Positions 62,947 through 64,000 of a stretch of 64,000 nucleotides of DNA are shown here, in pieces. The stretch comes from Desulfobacterales bacterium (lineage in GTDB: Bacteria; Desulfobacterota; Desulfobacteria; Desulfobacterales; UBA2174), in assembly GCA_963668645.2 (NCBI GenBank), contig CAXXWC010000015.1, forward strand, positions 96,001-160,000, read 5' to 3'. The stretch's first letter is position 1; each line of letters starts with the position of its first letter. Under the pieces are notes generated by a model. That model made no database searches, was not told the DNA's origin, and saw nothing but the letters and a program-made list of their open reading frames with translations. Position numbers and translations under genes: made by a program.

Positions 62947-64000
62947 ATGGCGCTGAACATGGATGCAATCGGCAAACCCATCGGCCCGTTGACCAAGGCG
63001 TACACCTGGAAGGACTGTGTGCTGTACGCGCTGGGTGTGGGGGCCGGATTTTCCGAACTGGACTACTGCTATGAAAAAGACCTCAAGGTCATCCCGAGCT
63101 TTTCCATCGCGGCGGTGTTCGATTTCCTCTCCCAGGCCGGGGCCCTGTCCAACGTCAACCTGGCCGGGATCCTGCACGGCGAACAGGCCCTGGTCTTCCA
63201 CAACCCCATCCCTCCTGAAGGCAAGCTGATCACCACCGGTCAGATCGACAACTACTACGACAAGGGCAAGGACAAAGGCGCCCTGGTGGTGGCCACCTGT
63301 GAAACGCGCCACGACAGCGGCATCAAGCTCTTTACCGCCACGGCCACCATCTTCGCACGCCTCGACGGCGGCTTCGGCGGCGAAAATCTGCCCGCCATGC
63401 CGGTTGAGATCCCCGAGCAGGAGCCGGATTTCAGCGTGGCGGCCGCCCCTTCCACAGACCAGCCCCTGCTCTACCGGCTCTCTGGGGACATCTTCCAGCT
63501 CCACGTGGATCCCGAGTTTGCCGGCATGGCCGGCTTCAAGATGCCCATCATGCACGGTCTGTGTACCCACGGCTTCGCCTGCCGGGCGTTGATTCAAAGC
63601 CTTTGCCCCGGAGCCCCGGAGCTGGTGCGCCGCCTCAACTGCCGTTTTTCCAAGCCCCTCTACCCCGGTGAGCCGATCCGCACCCTGGTCTGGCAAACGG
63701 GCCCGGGGCAGGCCGTCTGGCGCACGGTCAACGCCGAGACCGGCGATGTGGTGATCGACAACGGCATCTTCGAATACGGTCCGGTGCCCAAGGACGAAAT
63801 CCGTTTCGACGGCCGGGTGGCCATCGTCACCGGAGCCGGGGCCGGCCTGGGCCGGACCTACGCCCTGGAACTGGCCCGGCGCGGGGCCCGGGTGGTGGTC
63901 AACGACCTGGGCTCGGCCCGCGACGGCTCCGGGGACGGATCGAGCAGTCCGGCCGACCAGGTGGTGGCCGAGATCAAGGCCGCCGGCGGCGAGGCGGTGG
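62947..64000 (+). CDS. MaoC double hot-dog enoyl-CoA hydratase fused to an SDR dehydrogenase (partial, runs off the window)
   Basis: Manual translation: LYALGVG, LHGEQ, YRLSGD..LHVDP, IMHGLCT, then VAIVTGAGAGLGR and VVVNDLG; AAGGAGG RBS. Confidence 0.9.
   Translation, partial: MALNMDAIGKPIGPLTKAYTWKDCVLYALGVGAGFSELDYCYEKDLKVIPSFSIAAVFDFLSQAGALSNVNLAGILHGEQALVFHNPIPPEGKLITTGQIDNYYDKGKDKGALVVATCETRHDSGIKLFTATATIFARLDGGFGGENLPAMPVEIPEQEPDFSVAAAPSTDQPLLYRLSGDIFQLHVDPEFAGMAGFKMPIMHGLCTHGFACRALIQSLCPGAPELVRRLNCRFSKPLYPGEPIRTLVWQTGPGQAVWRTVNAETGDVVIDNGIFEYGPVPKDEIRFDGRVAIVTGAGAGLGRTYALELARRGARVVVNDLGSARDGSGDGSSSPADQVVAEIKAAGGEAV

Overview
GC-rich bacterial chromosome segment, most consistent with a sulfate-reducing Desulfobacterota (inferred from gene content). 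From left to right: (1) a TatD-like hydrolase, a CCG Fe-S protein and a decayed FAD oxidoreductase; (2) an arginine catabolism operon rocD-arcB-arcE-arcC that uses an ArcE-type arginine synthetase in place of arginine deiminase; (3) a TRAP transporter, two FAD-linked oxidoreductases, a UroD/MtaA-like methyltransferase and two aldehyde dehydrogenases; (4) a ~32 kb Mo/W/Se island; (5) the housekeeping ffh-rpsP-khpA-rimM-trmD-rplS-rnhB block and a partial MaoC-SDR fusion. The island contains a selenocysteine formate dehydrogenase (in-frame UGA plus SECIS), a cytoplasmic PhsA/PsrA-like enzyme, and a MOP-type aldehyde oxidoreductase followed by nine tightly coupled accessory genes of unknown chemistry (radical SAM, methyltransferase, CoA ligase, C-GCAxxG-C-C protein, NTP transferase-HD, phosphatase and others). 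It also holds two tungstate/molybdate ABC transporters, a damaged Mo-storage-like gene behind a Moco-riboswitch-like leader, and ModE-like and TaoR-like regulators with candidate operator motifs. No rRNA, tRNA, CRISPR or transposase was recognised. All assignments come from reading motifs; no database searches were run.
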